IMG/VR virus record: IMGVR_UViG_3300037400_004242
Reading direction: 5' to 3' (one strand)
Origin: a virus
Taxonomy: Duplodnaviria; Caudoviricetes
DNA length: 64,000 nt
Of the stretch, positions 1 through 9,952 are shown one piece after another. Positions within the stretch are counted from its first letter, which is position 1. Each line of letters starts with the position of its first letter. Position numbers and translations under genes: made by a program. Below the pieces are notes generated by a model. It saw nothing but the letters and a program-made list of their open reading frames with translations. It was not told the origin of the DNA and did no database searches.

Positions 1-495
1 AAAAAGAAGGTAGAGCCAAAGAAGGTTGCAAGCAAGGATGTTGTTGCAGAACGTAAGTTAATTGCAAAGCAGACAAATGTTCTTGCTACACGCCTTGCTA
101 AGAAACTTGATGACCGCATGGAAAAGATTCTTTTTGATGCGGAAGAAACAGTCAAGACGTATTTCCCTGCAAAATATGTAAGTGCTTCTCTTACAAAGTT
201 GCAGAAGCTCTTGATTGCAGAAGGTATTTCTTGTAAGTTTGATAAGCGTGTAACGAAGGAAGCTATCAAGAAAACTGCAAATACAGATATTACAACAGAT
301 GAATGCAATGAAGCTATTAAGAAGGTTGCACAGGCTGTTGTTTCTCTTACAGAGGAAACGCTTGATGCTTGCGATTCTTCTATTAAGAAACTCGCTAAGA
401 AGCATTTTGCTTCACATCGTATTTCTACAACTCATGCTATGCGTAAGTCTGTTGAAGAAAAGATGAAAACTACAGGACTCAATTTTAAGTTTTAA
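1..495 (+). CDS. 5'-truncated, highly expressed Lys/Ala-rich protein, possibly head/scaffold-associated
   Basis: Frame is open from base 1 (KKKVEPKKVASKDVVAERKLIAK...) into the listed 118..495 ORF; AAG/CGT/GCT codon bias like the sheath gene; repeated KKxA motifs; followed by a terminator. Confidence 0.6.
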   Translation, partial: KKKVEPKKVASKDVVAERKLIAKQTNVLATRLAKKLDDRMEKILFDAEETVKTYFPAKYVSASLTKLQKLLIAEGISCKFDKRVTKEAIKKTANTDITTDECNEAIKKVAQAVVSLTEETLDACDSSIKKLAKKHFASHRISTTHAMRKSVEEKMKTTGLNFKF

Positions 496-505
496 TAGAT
501 ATTGA

Positions 506-554
506 AAATAAAGCACAAACAGTAATGTAAAACTGTTTATGCTTTATTTTTTTT
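506..554 (+). terminator. Intrinsic terminator
   Basis: aaaataaagcacaaacag / ctgtttatgctttatttt inverted repeat followed by T-tract. Confidence 0.75.
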
Positions 555-559
555 GTAGA
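544..559 (+). promoter_or_regulatory. TTATTT-N6-TAGA candidate late promoter
   Basis: Motif recurs before several structural genes; 22-mer 542-563 is identical to 43011-43032. Confidence 0.55.
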
Positions 560-572
560 AAACCATAAGAAA

Positions 573-1700
573 GTGTGGTGTAATAATACTTTGGATTTTT
601 ATAAAGGAGATATATCAACATTATATTGTGAATTTAAAAAAGATGATAAAATTGTTCAAGTGACAAATCCGAAAGTTCGTGTATTGCATGAATATAATGA
701 TAATGTATATGAAGATTTGCCTTGGAAGCCAATGGAATCTTTTGATAATGGATATGCATATAAATTTGATACAAATGTCTGTGAAAACTATGGGAAATAT
801 GTAATTGTATTTTCAGGAGAATATAATGGAGAGCAATTAAATATTTTAGATAGTTTTAATATTATAGCAAGAAACACAGAAGATAATAATACCATATATT
901 TGTATGGTTTCGTTAACGATATTAATAGTAATCGAATTATAAAAGATGTAAAAATTAAAATTGTAGATTTAGAAAACAATAATATTGTTTATCAAACAAC
1001 TACTGATGAAGATGGAAAATGGGAATCTAAAATTTTTCCAAGTGACTATGAATTTATCTTCTCTTTGGATGGATATGAAGAAAGAACTGTACGTGCTCAA
1101 ATTGGTGATGAAAATGAAGAAATTCAATTCAATAATATTGGATTAGAAAAAAAATCAGATGCATCATTAGGAACAGGAATTTTTAAAATTGAAGATGAAT
1201 TTACATCAAAGAATCATATGGGAATTTCTAATATTTCTATTTCTATTTTTACAATGAATGACTTAAAAAATCCTTTTATTCAAACAAGTACTGATGATAA
1301 AGGAAAATGGAAAGTTTTTTTAGATAATGGAAATTATATTATGAAAATTTCTCTTCCTAGTGGAGTAGAAAAGAAATTCCAATTAAATGTTTACAATGAT
1401 GGTAGTAAAACAATAGAAGAAATAAAAACAAAATCTACTCAAATTGTAAGCAAAGTATTAGATAATGGACATGGGACAGAAGAATTAACAGATTATATTT
1501 TGGATGCACATGGAAATGGGATTCAAAATGCGTTAGTTCAAGCATATAAATATAATCCAACATTAGATGATTATGAATTAGAATGTCAAGACAATACAAC
1601 ATTGGAAGGACAGTTTAATTTAAATTTAAATAAAGGAAAATATAAATTAGTAATTACTTGTGATGGATTTCAAAAAAATACGCAAGTAATAGATGTATAA
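573..1700 (+). CDS. Virion protein with repeated carboxypeptidase-regulatory-like/prealbumin-fold domains
   Basis: Three T-T-D-x-x-G-x-W/F repeats (TTTDEDGKW, TSTDDKGKW, NTTLEGQF), each followed by G/S-x-Y-x-(I/L/F). Confidence 0.6.
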   Translation: MWCNNTLDFYKGDISTLYCEFKKDDKIVQVTNPKVRVLHEYNDNVYEDLPWKPMESFDNGYAYKFDTNVCENYGKYVIVFSGEYNGEQLNILDSFNIIARNTEDNNTIYLYGFVNDINSNRIIKDVKIKIVDLENNNIVYQTTTDEDGKWESKIFPSDYEFIFSLDGYEERTVRAQIGDENEEIQFNNIGLEKKSDASLGTGIFKIEDEFTSKNHMGISNISISIFTMNDLKNPFIQTSTDDKGKWKVFLDNGNYIMKISLPSGVEKKFQLNVYNDGSKTIEEIKTKSTQIVSKVLDNGHGTEELTDYILDAHGNGIQNALVQAYKYNPTLDDYELECQDNTTLEGQFNLNLNKGKYKLVITCDGFQKNTQVIDV

Positions 1701-1714
1701 AGAGGGAGTTTATA

Positions 1715-2116
1715 ATGAAAAAACGTTTAATTGTAGCAGATAAGGCAACAAATATTAAGTCAGCTTTAAAGGATTTGTCTCCTGAGGAAATTATTTCTGT
1801 TGCATCTACTGTTGATTCCGAAGCAACAGTAGATATTTATCCAATGGAAGAATTAGAATCATATGTTGAAACATATTGTAATGGAGATATGATGCGTGCT
1901 TTTAATTTAGGAGCATTTTCTAAAATTAATAGTAGTGACGATTGGTTTGAAGTTGATGGATATAAAAATTTAGAGAGCTTTTCTGATGGTACATTTAATA
2001 ATCGTATTGATTTCGATATGCTAACGGATGATGTTCTAAGTCATGGTGAGGATTCAAATCTTCCATCAGAAATTAATGATTTGCTTGAAAGCGAAATAGA
2101 TGAAGAAGATGCTTAA
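1715..2116 (+). CDS. Small acidic protein with MKKRLIVA leader, putative internal head protein
   Basis: GAGGGAG RBS; basic leader on an acidic body; leader shared with neighbours. Confidence 0.6.
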   Translation: MKKRLIVADKATNIKSALKDLSPEEIISVASTVDSEATVDIYPMEELESYVETYCNGDMMRAFNLGAFSKINSSDDWFEVDGYKNLESFSDGTFNNRIDFDMLTDDVLSHGEDSNLPSEINDLLESEIDEEDA

Positions 2117-2130
2117 TGAGAGGTGTTCTC

Positions 2131-2367
2131 ATGAAACGTTTAGTCGCTATTACAAATGGAGATTTAGAATATGTGAACGTAGAAGTTAATCCAAATGATG
2201 GAGAAGATTTATTACCATTAAAAAAATTGGATTCTGCGGATGTTAAAAATAATCGTTGTCCTGAATGTAAATATTCTCCGCTTGAAGAACAAGAAGGATA
2301 TTTAATTTGTAAGAATTGTGGGAACGCTTATAAAGTATTCGATAATCAAGTTTTTTTAGTAAAATGA
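2131..2367 (+). CDS. Small zinc-ribbon protein with MKRLVA leader
   Basis: GAGGTG RBS favours ATG 2131 over 2116; CPEC...CKNCG. Confidence 0.6.
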   Translation: MKRLVAITNGDLEYVNVEVNPNDGEDLLPLKKLDSADVKNNRCPECKYSPLEEQEGYLICKNCGNAYKVFDNQVFLVK

Positions 2368-2378
2368 GGTTTTAAAAT

Positions 2379-2774
2379 ATGAAAAAACGTTTAATTCAAG
2401 CAGATGTTGATGAAGCACAAGTTAAATCAGATGTAGAACAAGCTATTAGCAATATACAATTTGATGATAAAATTGTAAAAGACTTTGAACAAAGATTTAA
2501 TTCAAAACTACGTTTAGATGATGCATTTATTAAGGCTATGGACGAAGCTGATGTCAATAGTATTCTTACAGAAGACGTATTAGATAGTTTATCTTCAAAA
2601 TATAATGAAGATGATATTGATGTTGATATTTTAAATGATGAAAAGCTTCGTCCATTATTAAAAAAATATCAACATGCATATTATGAAGTCGCTAAAAAAG
2701 TTATGATGGAACAATTAAATTCTATAAATGATAGAATTGAAGGTAGTATTGAGAATGGAAATGTGAACTGGTGA
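2379..2774 (+). CDS. Small acidic helical protein with MKKRLIQA leader
   Basis: GAGG RBS; first 27 nt nearly identical to those of the 1715 gene. Confidence 0.6.
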   Translation: MKKRLIQADVDEAQVKSDVEQAISNIQFDDKIVKDFEQRFNSKLRLDDAFIKAMDEADVNSILTEDVLDSLSSKYNEDDIDVDILNDEKLRPLLKKYQHAYYEVAKKVMMEQLNSINDRIEGSIENGNVNW

Positions 2775-2780
2775 TGTTAT

Positions 2781-3296
2781 ATGAAACCAAACACAATTTT
2801 TCCTAGAATGACATATTATAGTCGTGTTTTGGATAATGTTGATGGTCATGTGTTGTTAAGTTGGGCAAGTACATCACAAAACAAAAGAATCTATTACGGA
2901 AGATGTAATGGAATGGTTGGTGGAGAATCCGAATTCATGGTTGAATTTGATATTTGGAATAATGAACCAGCATGGGATGGTGGAACTCCACAGATGATTG
3001 CTCAAAATGCGGCAAATTGCAGATTACGTATTACAATTCCTCCTGAAAGTCGTGATTTAAATCCTTTCTTTTATGCACGTTGCATTACATATGATTTAAA
3101 TTCTGAATTTCAAGCGGTTGATATGGCACACAGAGAATTGAAAGATATTCAAGGAAACGCAAGTGATGAATATGGTTCAATTTTAGGTGTATCTGACCAT
3201 GCGACGATTCAAACAAAAATAAAACTAAAGAAAGATTCTTTAGTGAAACAGCCAACTTATCAATTTACATTGGACTTTTTGTATAATTATGAATAA
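2781..3296 (+). CDS. Hypothetical beta-rich virion protein
   Basis: GGTGA RBS; tightly packed in structural operon. Confidence 0.55.
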   Translation: MKPNTIFPRMTYYSRVLDNVDGHVLLSWASTSQNKRIYYGRCNGMVGGESEFMVEFDIWNNEPAWDGGTPQMIAQNAANCRLRITIPPESRDLNPFFYARCITYDLNSEFQAVDMAHRELKDIQGNASDEYGSILGVSDHATIQTKIKLKKDSLVKQPTYQFTLDFLYNYE

Positions 3297-3687
3297 AATG
3301 CATTGGGAAATAGAAACAAAAAGTGGATTGCATTTGCAAGAAGGTACATCCACTTTTTTAAATGAGACAAAAGATATAAAGAAATGTTTTTTTACAGATG
3401 GTTCTATATGTTGTGGTTTTGATAATGAAGGACATGTATTTTTAAATCAAGTTGTAATAGATTTAAAAATACATCAAGAAATATTAAAATTTTATCAATA
3501 TAAAGAATGTCAGCATAGTCTTTTTAATGATTCGGAAACCATTATTTACTATTTGTGTATGGATGCTACAGATGGAGAGTATCAATATAAATATGTATTA
3601 GAAATGGTTCCATATCGAATTAATTTAAAAGCAAAGAAGTATGATGGAAAAAATCTAATCAATAGTAGAGTTTTACCATTGTTGTAA
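3289..3687 (+). CDS. Hypothetical protein
   Basis: Overlaps upstream stop; operon packing. Confidence 0.55.
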   Translation: MNKMHWEIETKSGLHLQEGTSTFLNETKDIKKCFFTDGSICCGFDNEGHVFLNQVVIDLKIHQEILKFYQYKECQHSLFNDSETIIYYLCMDATDGEYQYKYVLEMVPYRINLKAKKYDGKNLINSRVLPLL

Positions 3688-3703
3688 TGGAGGTGAAAGC
3701 GCA

Positions 3704-4483
3704 TTGTCAACACCACAAAAAAGCGTTACTTTTACGTGTTTCTTTGATGTTATTGGTAGACAAAGTAATCATAGTTGGAAGTGTGCTTTCGATGTTGTTT
3801 CTGATGATAATGTAAAGTATACTTTACATACAAATAATCAGATAATTCAAAATCCGACAGATATAGATATGTTAAGGTATTGTCCACGTCCTTTAACTGG
3901 CGTTTTACAGAATAAGGAAAAAACTTATGTAAATACTAAAATAGAATTCTTAAGTATGAATCAAATCAATAGTTCTTTTGGTAATGTAGTATCAGAAGTA
4001 TGTTATACAGATAAAGGTGGTAGATATACTTCGTATATTACGCCAGGGTTATATAATATAGACATTTTTGTGAATAATCAAAAAATTACAAAAAGGAATA
4101 TAACTATTAAAAATGGTTTGAAATTTGAATATTTTTTAGAGGTTAAAGGTTTAATTTATAAAAAATATAAAGATACTGTAAGTTTTTGTGGTTCAGATTA
4201 TAAAATGATTTATGGGCAATTAATAGATAACAAAAAGACACCAGTTGATAAATCTGAAATGATTATTTTAGATAAAAATAAAAAATTGGTAACGTATGTA
4301 AAAACAGATGATGACGGAAGATATAAATTTGCATTGAAAAATGGAGAATATATTGTAAAAATTCGTGCGAAAGATTCCCCTATAAAATCTACGAATGTTA
4401 TTTTGGATGATTTGCATGGTTTTCAAGAACAGTTAGGAATGAGTTCTATCTTATTTGGAAAACAAAGTATGATATATTTGTAA
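3704..4483 (+). CDS. Virion protein with carboxypeptidase-regulatory-like domains
   Basis: GGAGGTG RBS, TTG start; YTDKGGRY...PGLY and KTDDDGRYKF...GEY repeats. Confidence 0.55.
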   Translation: MSTPQKSVTFTCFFDVIGRQSNHSWKCAFDVVSDDNVKYTLHTNNQIIQNPTDIDMLRYCPRPLTGVLQNKEKTYVNTKIEFLSMNQINSSFGNVVSEVCYTDKGGRYTSYITPGLYNIDIFVNNQKITKRNITIKNGLKFEYFLEVKGLIYKKYKDTVSFCGSDYKMIYGQLIDNKKTPVDKSEMIILDKNKKLVTYVKTDDDGRYKFALKNGEYIVKIRAKDSPIKSTNVILDDLHGFQEQLGMSSILFGKQSMIYL

Positions 4484-4490
4484 TGTTTCA

Positions 4491-4710
4491 ATACTTGATA
4501 TATTCCCTGTCAGATTCCATTATAAGCATGATATTTTTAGATTCTATCATCACACCACATTATCTATACATACATCACATTATCAATATCACACCATTAA
4601 TATTCATATACTTGATATACTCCCCGTTAAATATAAGTTATTAAATATAACTAAGCCTGTTAAATCTAATTAAGCAGATATATCTAACTAAACTTACATA
4701 TCACATCTAA
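4491..4710. repeat. Non-coding region with several short direct repeats (origin- or pac-like candidate)
   Basis: ATACTTGATATA at 4491 and 4608; ATCAC(AC)-like and CACATTATC repeats 4549-4598; TTAAAT(A/C)TAA at 4627, 4641, 4660; C-rich/G-poor top strand unlike flanking genes. Confidence 0.55.
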
Positions 4711-4736
4711 AATACTTATTTATCCGTGGTGATGAA

Positions 4737-5576
4737 ATGATGAACATACAAGTTTTTCAAAAGAACTTACCTGCGCCTACGCATATAGATATTTCATACC
4801 CTAGGGATAACAGACATATTGTAATAACATGGAATGAAGTCAAGAATCCTGATAAAAATTTATTAAATAAAGAAATTAAAAAAGTATATTATAACATTTA
4901 TAAAGGATTCACACAAAACGGAATATTTTATAAATTAAACAATCAGCCATTGACGACGAATCGTTATGAAGATTATAGTGTATCAAAAAATCCACAAATA
5001 CAGAATTGGTATAAAGTTTCCACCGTATATAAGACTGAAGAAGAATATATAGAAGGGAAGTTATCTTTACCGACCTGTTTTCAAGTACATAATACAGACC
5101 GATGGTTTTTAAAGATGAACGAAAGAAGTTTATGGATATTAAAGAATACAGGGATGTTATTTGACTTATATACAAGGAAATTAGATGGAGAAAGATGCCC
5201 ACGATGTTTTGATGATATAAGAGGGAGAGCAGGGACATCAGATTGTCCGATATGTTATGGGACTGGGTATGTAGGAGGATATGACCCTGCATATCAGCTA
5301 TATATTAGATTAAAACCTGCGCAAGCATCTTTAGATGTTACACCGAATCAAATGTTGACATATAATCAACCATGTGGAGCATGGACAATATCAGATACAC
5401 AGATAAAGAATCGTGATGTATTAATATCTCCGACAGGGACAATATATCAAGTTATTAATTCCATGACGAATCAAGCAGGAGGGTATTTATTTCATCAAGA
5501 GTTAAATTTAAAGCCGTATGATGTAAATGACCCGATTTATGATATGAAGAGAACGACATTATATCCTAGGTTATAA
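4737..5576 (+). CDS. Putative neck/head-completion protein (FN3-like N-terminus, zinc finger)
   Basis: CPRC...CPICYGTGY motif of large-myovirus neck proteins; lies upstream of tail terminator and sheath. Confidence 0.6.
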   Translation: MMNIQVFQKNLPAPTHIDISYPRDNRHIVITWNEVKNPDKNLLNKEIKKVYYNIYKGFTQNGIFYKLNNQPLTTNRYEDYSVSKNPQIQNWYKVSTVYKTEEEYIEGKLSLPTCFQVHNTDRWFLKMNERSLWILKNTGMLFDLYTRKLDGERCPRCFDDIRGRAGTSDCPICYGTGYVGGYDPAYQLYIRLKPAQASLDVTPNQMLTYNQPCGAWTISDTQIKNRDVLISPTGTIYQVINSMTNQAGGYLFHQELNLKPYDVNDPIYDMKRTTLYPRL

Positions 5577-5580
5577 AAGT

Positions 5581-5622
5581 AAGGAATATCTAACTGTCAT
5601 CAGCAGAAAGATATTCCTTTTT
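5581..5622 (+). terminator. Intrinsic terminator
   Basis: aaggaatatct...agatattcctt plus T-tract. Confidence 0.7.
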
Positions 5623-5680
5623 ATTTAATATTGTTGTATTGTAATGAAAATGAATTAAAAAATAAAGAATATTATAATCA

Positions 5681-5696
5681 TTATTTATTTTTTAGA
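5681..5696 (+). promoter_or_regulatory. TTATTT-N6-TAGA candidate late promoter
   Basis: TTATTTATTTTTTAGA, identical to 13618 and 54664. Confidence 0.55.
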
Positions 5697-5739
5697 TGAA
5701 TCCAATGGAAACAAAGGGGATAGAGGTGAAGAAACTAAT

Positions 5740-6408
5740 ATGTTGATGGAGAATGCGATAAAGCATACAAAGGATGTATTTATAACATTCTTGCGGCTAT
5801 ATTTTAATAATCCAAAAAATTATAAAAACAAATTACCGAGACAGATTAGTGATAATCACTTCACCGAGGCTGTTTTTTATGATTCAGAACCTGAAGAATT
5901 AAGGAAATTTCCAACGGTGATATTAAGTGCAACGTCAGGGAATATGATAACGAGTGGGTTAGGAGATATGTGTTCAGAAGTAACTGACCCGCGAACAGGT
6001 TCGATAATAGCATATCGTTATCAAGGTTTTTATGAATTTACTGTAACGATAGATATAGGTTGTAAGAATCCATTAGACCGAGAAGTATTTACCGATTTGA
6101 TTACAAAAGCATTAAGGTTTTCATTAAGGAGGTATATACAAAATCAGGGAATCATCATAAAGGATGCAAGTTATGCAGGAGAGACAACGATAGATTATAA
6201 CTCTGATAAAATATATATATCACAGGTAAGATTTAATACATGGTCAACATGGATAGAAGATGTAGATTTGCTCGACCCGAACGAGTTCAATATGAAATTA
6301 CAATTTGGGTTAGAAGATATAGGCAAAAAGACATTTGAATCTACAACAGTAGAGAAAAATTCAAATCGTAATGGTGAGAACAAAATCACATATAGCGATA
6401 AAAAATAA
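5740..6408 (+). CDS. Putative tail terminator/tail completion protein
   Basis: Immediately upstream of sheath; FPTVIL...FTVTIDI...REVFTD pattern compatible with terminator fold. Confidence 0.55.
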   Translation: MLMENAIKHTKDVFITFLRLYFNNPKNYKNKLPRQISDNHFTEAVFYDSEPEELRKFPTVILSATSGNMITSGLGDMCSEVTDPRTGSIIAYRYQGFYEFTVTIDIGCKNPLDREVFTDLITKALRFSLRRYIQNQGIIIKDASYAGETTIDYNSDKIYISQVRFNTWSTWIEDVDLLDPNEFNMKLQFGLEDIGKKTFESTTVEKNSNRNGENKITYSDKK

Positions 6409-6430
6409 TTAAAATTGGAGGTATATCAGT

Positions 6431-8599
6431 ATGCCATATAGAGTTCCTGGTGCGTATGCTCGATTCATAAAATCAGCAAGCGCAGTAAATAATGTTGGTG
6501 CTACACGTTGCTTAGGTTTAATTGGAACGGGCGCAAACTATTTTGAAGTTTATAATGAAGCAATTAAGAAAAGTGATTCACAAGCATATGATAAATTAAA
6601 GTATAACAATGTTTTTGAAATCATTTCTGTTACAGATAAAGCATTGAGTAATGGTGCAATTGTAAAAGGTTCTAAAGTCTTTACAGAAGGTAAGAATGAA
6701 GCCTATATGTTAAAAGACGGAAATAAAATTGCATGGAATACGATTCAAGCACCTGAATATAAAATTATTGCACAGCCAAATGAACGTAGTCTTCAACTAA
6801 AAGGAGAAATTACGTTAATTCCTGATGATGATAATGAATATCAGATTGTAGATGGTAGCTATACGCTTGAAATCACATATCTAGAAGATGCATTTGACCA
6901 TGCAGATTCTGCTCATGTAAACTGTGGATGTTATCGTGTAACGGATAATGCTACAAAGAAAATTATGGGTGAATGGGGTGTTAGTGAAGAATATAACCGC
7001 GAAGCAATCCCTGGTATGAAAATTTTAATTAAAGATGTTTTCGTGCCTGATAAGGATGGTAATTCCATTACGCATGTTGGTGATAGTGTAACGATTAAAA
7101 CGCAAGCACCAAAGACGGAAATTGAGCCACAAGTTGTATTCGATGAAACGATTACACAGTATAGTCAGAAACTTCGTGAATCTTTCCTTGCTTTAAATAA
7201 AGATAAGGTAGATGATGAATCAAAATACGAATATTTCATTATTACTGATTCAGATGAAGTTGTAGATGGTAGCTATGTATTTCAGGTTACAGACCCACTT
7301 ACAAAAGAAGTAAAAATTTATCAGGAAGATGAAACTGGTGCAGAAATTACACCTGCTTTGTTTGAAGGTGCAGTTAATTCTGTCACAGAGTATTTAAATA
7401 TCATCCCTGGTATTACATTTATGGTTCCAGATTTTGATAATACAGCAATCACAACAGGAGATTGCGTTCGTATTCTGACGAAGAAAGCTGTCTTTGGTAA
7501 AGCTATTGCCGAAAACAACGTTTATTATGTATCTTATAAATATCGTAAGGCGGAAGAAGATTACGAACCAAAAGTTTTCTATTCTTATGATGATGTAGTT
7601 CAAGAATATGGTAACTATGATGTCACAGCTTCTTCTATTGTTACAAATTCATTAACACTCGGTGCAGAATTGGCGTTCCGTGCAGGTGTCACACCATTAG
7701 TTTGTGTACAGGCGAAGAATGATTCCGATTATGAAATGAATAAGGCAATTGACAAATTGCAAAAAGATGTTGCAGGTGTTGATAACGTTAATGCTATTGT
7801 TCCATTAACAACATCAGCAGTTGTTGGTGCTCATGCACAGACACATATTGATAATATGTCCTCAGAGAAAGGACGCCATGAACGTATGGTATATCTTTCC
7901 GCACATGCAGGACAGCCAATTAATAAAGCCGCAACAGCCGCAGATAAATCTTTGGGCATGAAACAGCAAGCAGAAGCATATAATGACGAACGTGTTGTAT
8001 ATGTAACTCCAGGTCGTGTGCAGTATGATGTCAAGAACATTCAGACAGGTCGTATTAATACTCGTGTATTGCCTGGTTGCTATCTTGCATTAGGTGTAGC
8101 GACAGTTGCGTTTACGCATGATGTAGCAGAACCATTAACACGTAAAAAGATTGCTTGTGGGTTTAAGGGCTTGATGGATAGCTACACAGAAACTGAAAAG
8201 AACGCACTTGCAGAAAGTGGATGTTGTGTTGTTCATGAAAAAGGAAATGGTATTGTTGTTCGTCATGGTATTACAACTTGCGATGATGAAGTTAATACAA
8301 CAGAAATTACATTAATTCAGATTAAAGACTATGTAATTGCACAGGTTCGTAAGACTTGTGACGAATTATATGTAGGTATTAAAAACCTTCCTTCTGCAAA
8401 AGCAAACATTCAGTTCTCAGTTAATAGTATTTTGAGCCAGTTTGTCAGTCAGGAAATCATTTTAGGCTATAGCGGTCCAACGGTTAAGGATTCGCCTGAT
8501 GACCCACGCGAAGTTCTTGTCAATTTTGAAATCGAAGCAGTATATCCATTAAATTATATCACAATCAGCTTTGGATTCTCTTCTTCAGGTTCAAAATAA
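6431..8599 (+). CDS. Contractile tail sheath protein
   Basis: N-terminal MPYRVPGAY; C-terminal PLTRKKI, VRHGITT, FEIEAVYPLNYITISF; 722 aa; upstream of tube genes. Confidence 0.92.
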   Translation: MPYRVPGAYARFIKSASAVNNVGATRCLGLIGTGANYFEVYNEAIKKSDSQAYDKLKYNNVFEIISVTDKALSNGAIVKGSKVFTEGKNEAYMLKDGNKIAWNTIQAPEYKIIAQPNERSLQLKGEITLIPDDDNEYQIVDGSYTLEITYLEDAFDHADSAHVNCGCYRVTDNATKKIMGEWGVSEEYNREAIPGMKILIKDVFVPDKDGNSITHVGDSVTIKTQAPKTEIEPQVVFDETITQYSQKLRESFLALNKDKVDDESKYEYFIITDSDEVVDGSYVFQVTDPLTKEVKIYQEDETGAEITPALFEGAVNSVTEYLNIIPGITFMVPDFDNTAITTGDCVRILTKKAVFGKAIAENNVYYVSYKYRKAEEDYEPKVFYSYDDVVQEYGNYDVTASSIVTNSLTLGAELAFRAGVTPLVCVQAKNDSDYEMNKAIDKLQKDVAGVDNVNAIVPLTTSAVVGAHAQTHIDNMSSEKGRHERMVYLSAHAGQPINKAATAADKSLGMKQQAEAYNDERVVYVTPGRVQYDVKNIQTGRINTRVLPGCYLALGVATVAFTHDVAEPLTRKKIACGFKGLMDSYTETEKNALAESGCCVVHEKGNGIVVRHGITTCDDEVNTTEITLIQIKDYVIAQVRKTCDELYVGIKNLPSAKANIQFSVNSILSQFVSQEIILGYSGPTVKDSPDDPREVLVNFEIEAVYPLNYITISFGFSSSGSK

Positions 8600-8632
8600 T
8601 AAGGGATAATAAAGGATGGTAGGTGATTATAT

Positions 8633-9256
8633 ATGGCAAAAGTAACTGGTACATCTTCTGCGTTCACGTCAGATACTAACAAATGGCTAAATACGCAACG
8701 TGCCACAGGTATGCCAGAAATTCTTGATAATAGTGCGTCACTACCAATTACTAGTACAAATATCGAGGTATATTCCAATAATATGAGAATCGGTTTTGTA
8801 CAGTCATTTACTCCTTCAGAACAACGTCAGATTACGAAAGTTCAGGAGTTAGGTACAGAAGGTGTTGTACAATCTGTACCAGGTAATACAAATGGTGGTC
8901 AGATTGCAATATCAAGATTTGCAATATTTAATGGAAGTTTGTATAATGCTTTAGGATTGACACCAACAGGTCAATTTTCTCAATATGCTTCACAGATTCC
9001 TGGTGATGCAAAAGTTTATAGTGCTTCTACGAATACATTAGGTAATCCTTTCAAGACATTGAAGGAACAACGTGTACCACTAGAATTACAGATAAAAACG
9101 AAAATGCCTGATGTAGGAAAAGCATATTACATCGAAACATATGTTGACTGCTGGTTAAGTAGTTATTCAAAAGCAATTGCAAGCGGTACGATTACAGTTA
9201 CTGAATCTGCTACAATTCAGTATTCGGATGTTTATTCTAGTATGGCAAAGGAGTGA
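8633..9256 (+). CDS. Tail tube protein (paralog 1)
   Basis: IGFVQSF...EQRQITKVQELG...VPG; CWLSSYSK...VTESATIQY; follows sheath. Confidence 0.85.
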   Translation: MAKVTGTSSAFTSDTNKWLNTQRATGMPEILDNSASLPITSTNIEVYSNNMRIGFVQSFTPSEQRQITKVQELGTEGVVQSVPGNTNGGQIAISRFAIFNGSLYNALGLTPTGQFSQYASQIPGDAKVYSASTNTLGNPFKTLKEQRVPLELQIKTKMPDVGKAYYIETYVDCWLSSYSKAIASGTITVTESATIQYSDVYSSMAKE

Positions 9257-9264
9257 CGTAGAGT

Positions 9265-9945
9265 ATGGCATATGATGCAACAAGACACTTCAACAACTTT
9301 GGTCAGAATACTTCTACAAACACTCACCGTGCAACGCGAAATGATATAAGAACTGCTAACAATACAATGAAGCCTGTGTCTTCATTTGATAACTCGTTAG
9401 CAACAACATCTACAAATATTTTCGTTTATTCAAACGGTTGTATCGTAGGTATGATTCAAAGTTTTAATATAAGTGAGCAAAGACAGGTTAATAAATTACA
9501 GGCAATCGGTTGGGAAGGTGTTGTGCAAGCCGTCCCAGGAAACACGAATGGTGGAACCCTAAATGTTTCTCGTATTGCTCTTTATGAATCTTCTATTTGG
9601 AACGCTCTTGGTTTAACAACAAATGGTGTTCCATTCAATGAAGTTGGTTCAAAGGTTTATGATTCTACAGCAAGAGATAGTGCTACAGATTGGGATAGTT
9701 CCACAATGGTTCAGGAAGATAGCGCATCGTCAAGAAAGGTTAATACACGTTTAGTATTTAAAACGTTGAAAGACCAAAAAGTTCCACTTGAAATTCAGGT
9801 TAAGACACGTCGTAATGGTAGTGCTGATGAATATTATGTGGAAACTTATATTGACTGTTGGCTAGCATCTTATTCTAAATCATATACAGTTCAGAACATA
9901 ACTGTTGCAGAGACAGCCCAGATTTCGTATGCAGATGTTTATTAA
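9265..9945 (+). CDS. Tail tube-like protein (paralog 2)
   Basis: Aligns with paralog 1 (STNI.VYSN, VPGNTNGG, FKTLK.Q.VPLE.Q.KT, ETY.DCWL.SYSK). Confidence 0.8.
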   Translation: MAYDATRHFNNFGQNTSTNTHRATRNDIRTANNTMKPVSSFDNSLATTSTNIFVYSNGCIVGMIQSFNISEQRQVNKLQAIGWEGVVQAVPGNTNGGTLNVSRIALYESSIWNALGLTTNGVPFNEVGSKVYDSTARDSATDWDSSTMVQEDSASSRKVNTRLVFKTLKDQKVPLEIQVKTRRNGSADEYYVETYIDCWLASYSKSYTVQNITVAETAQISYADVY

Positions 9946-9952
9946 TATATAG

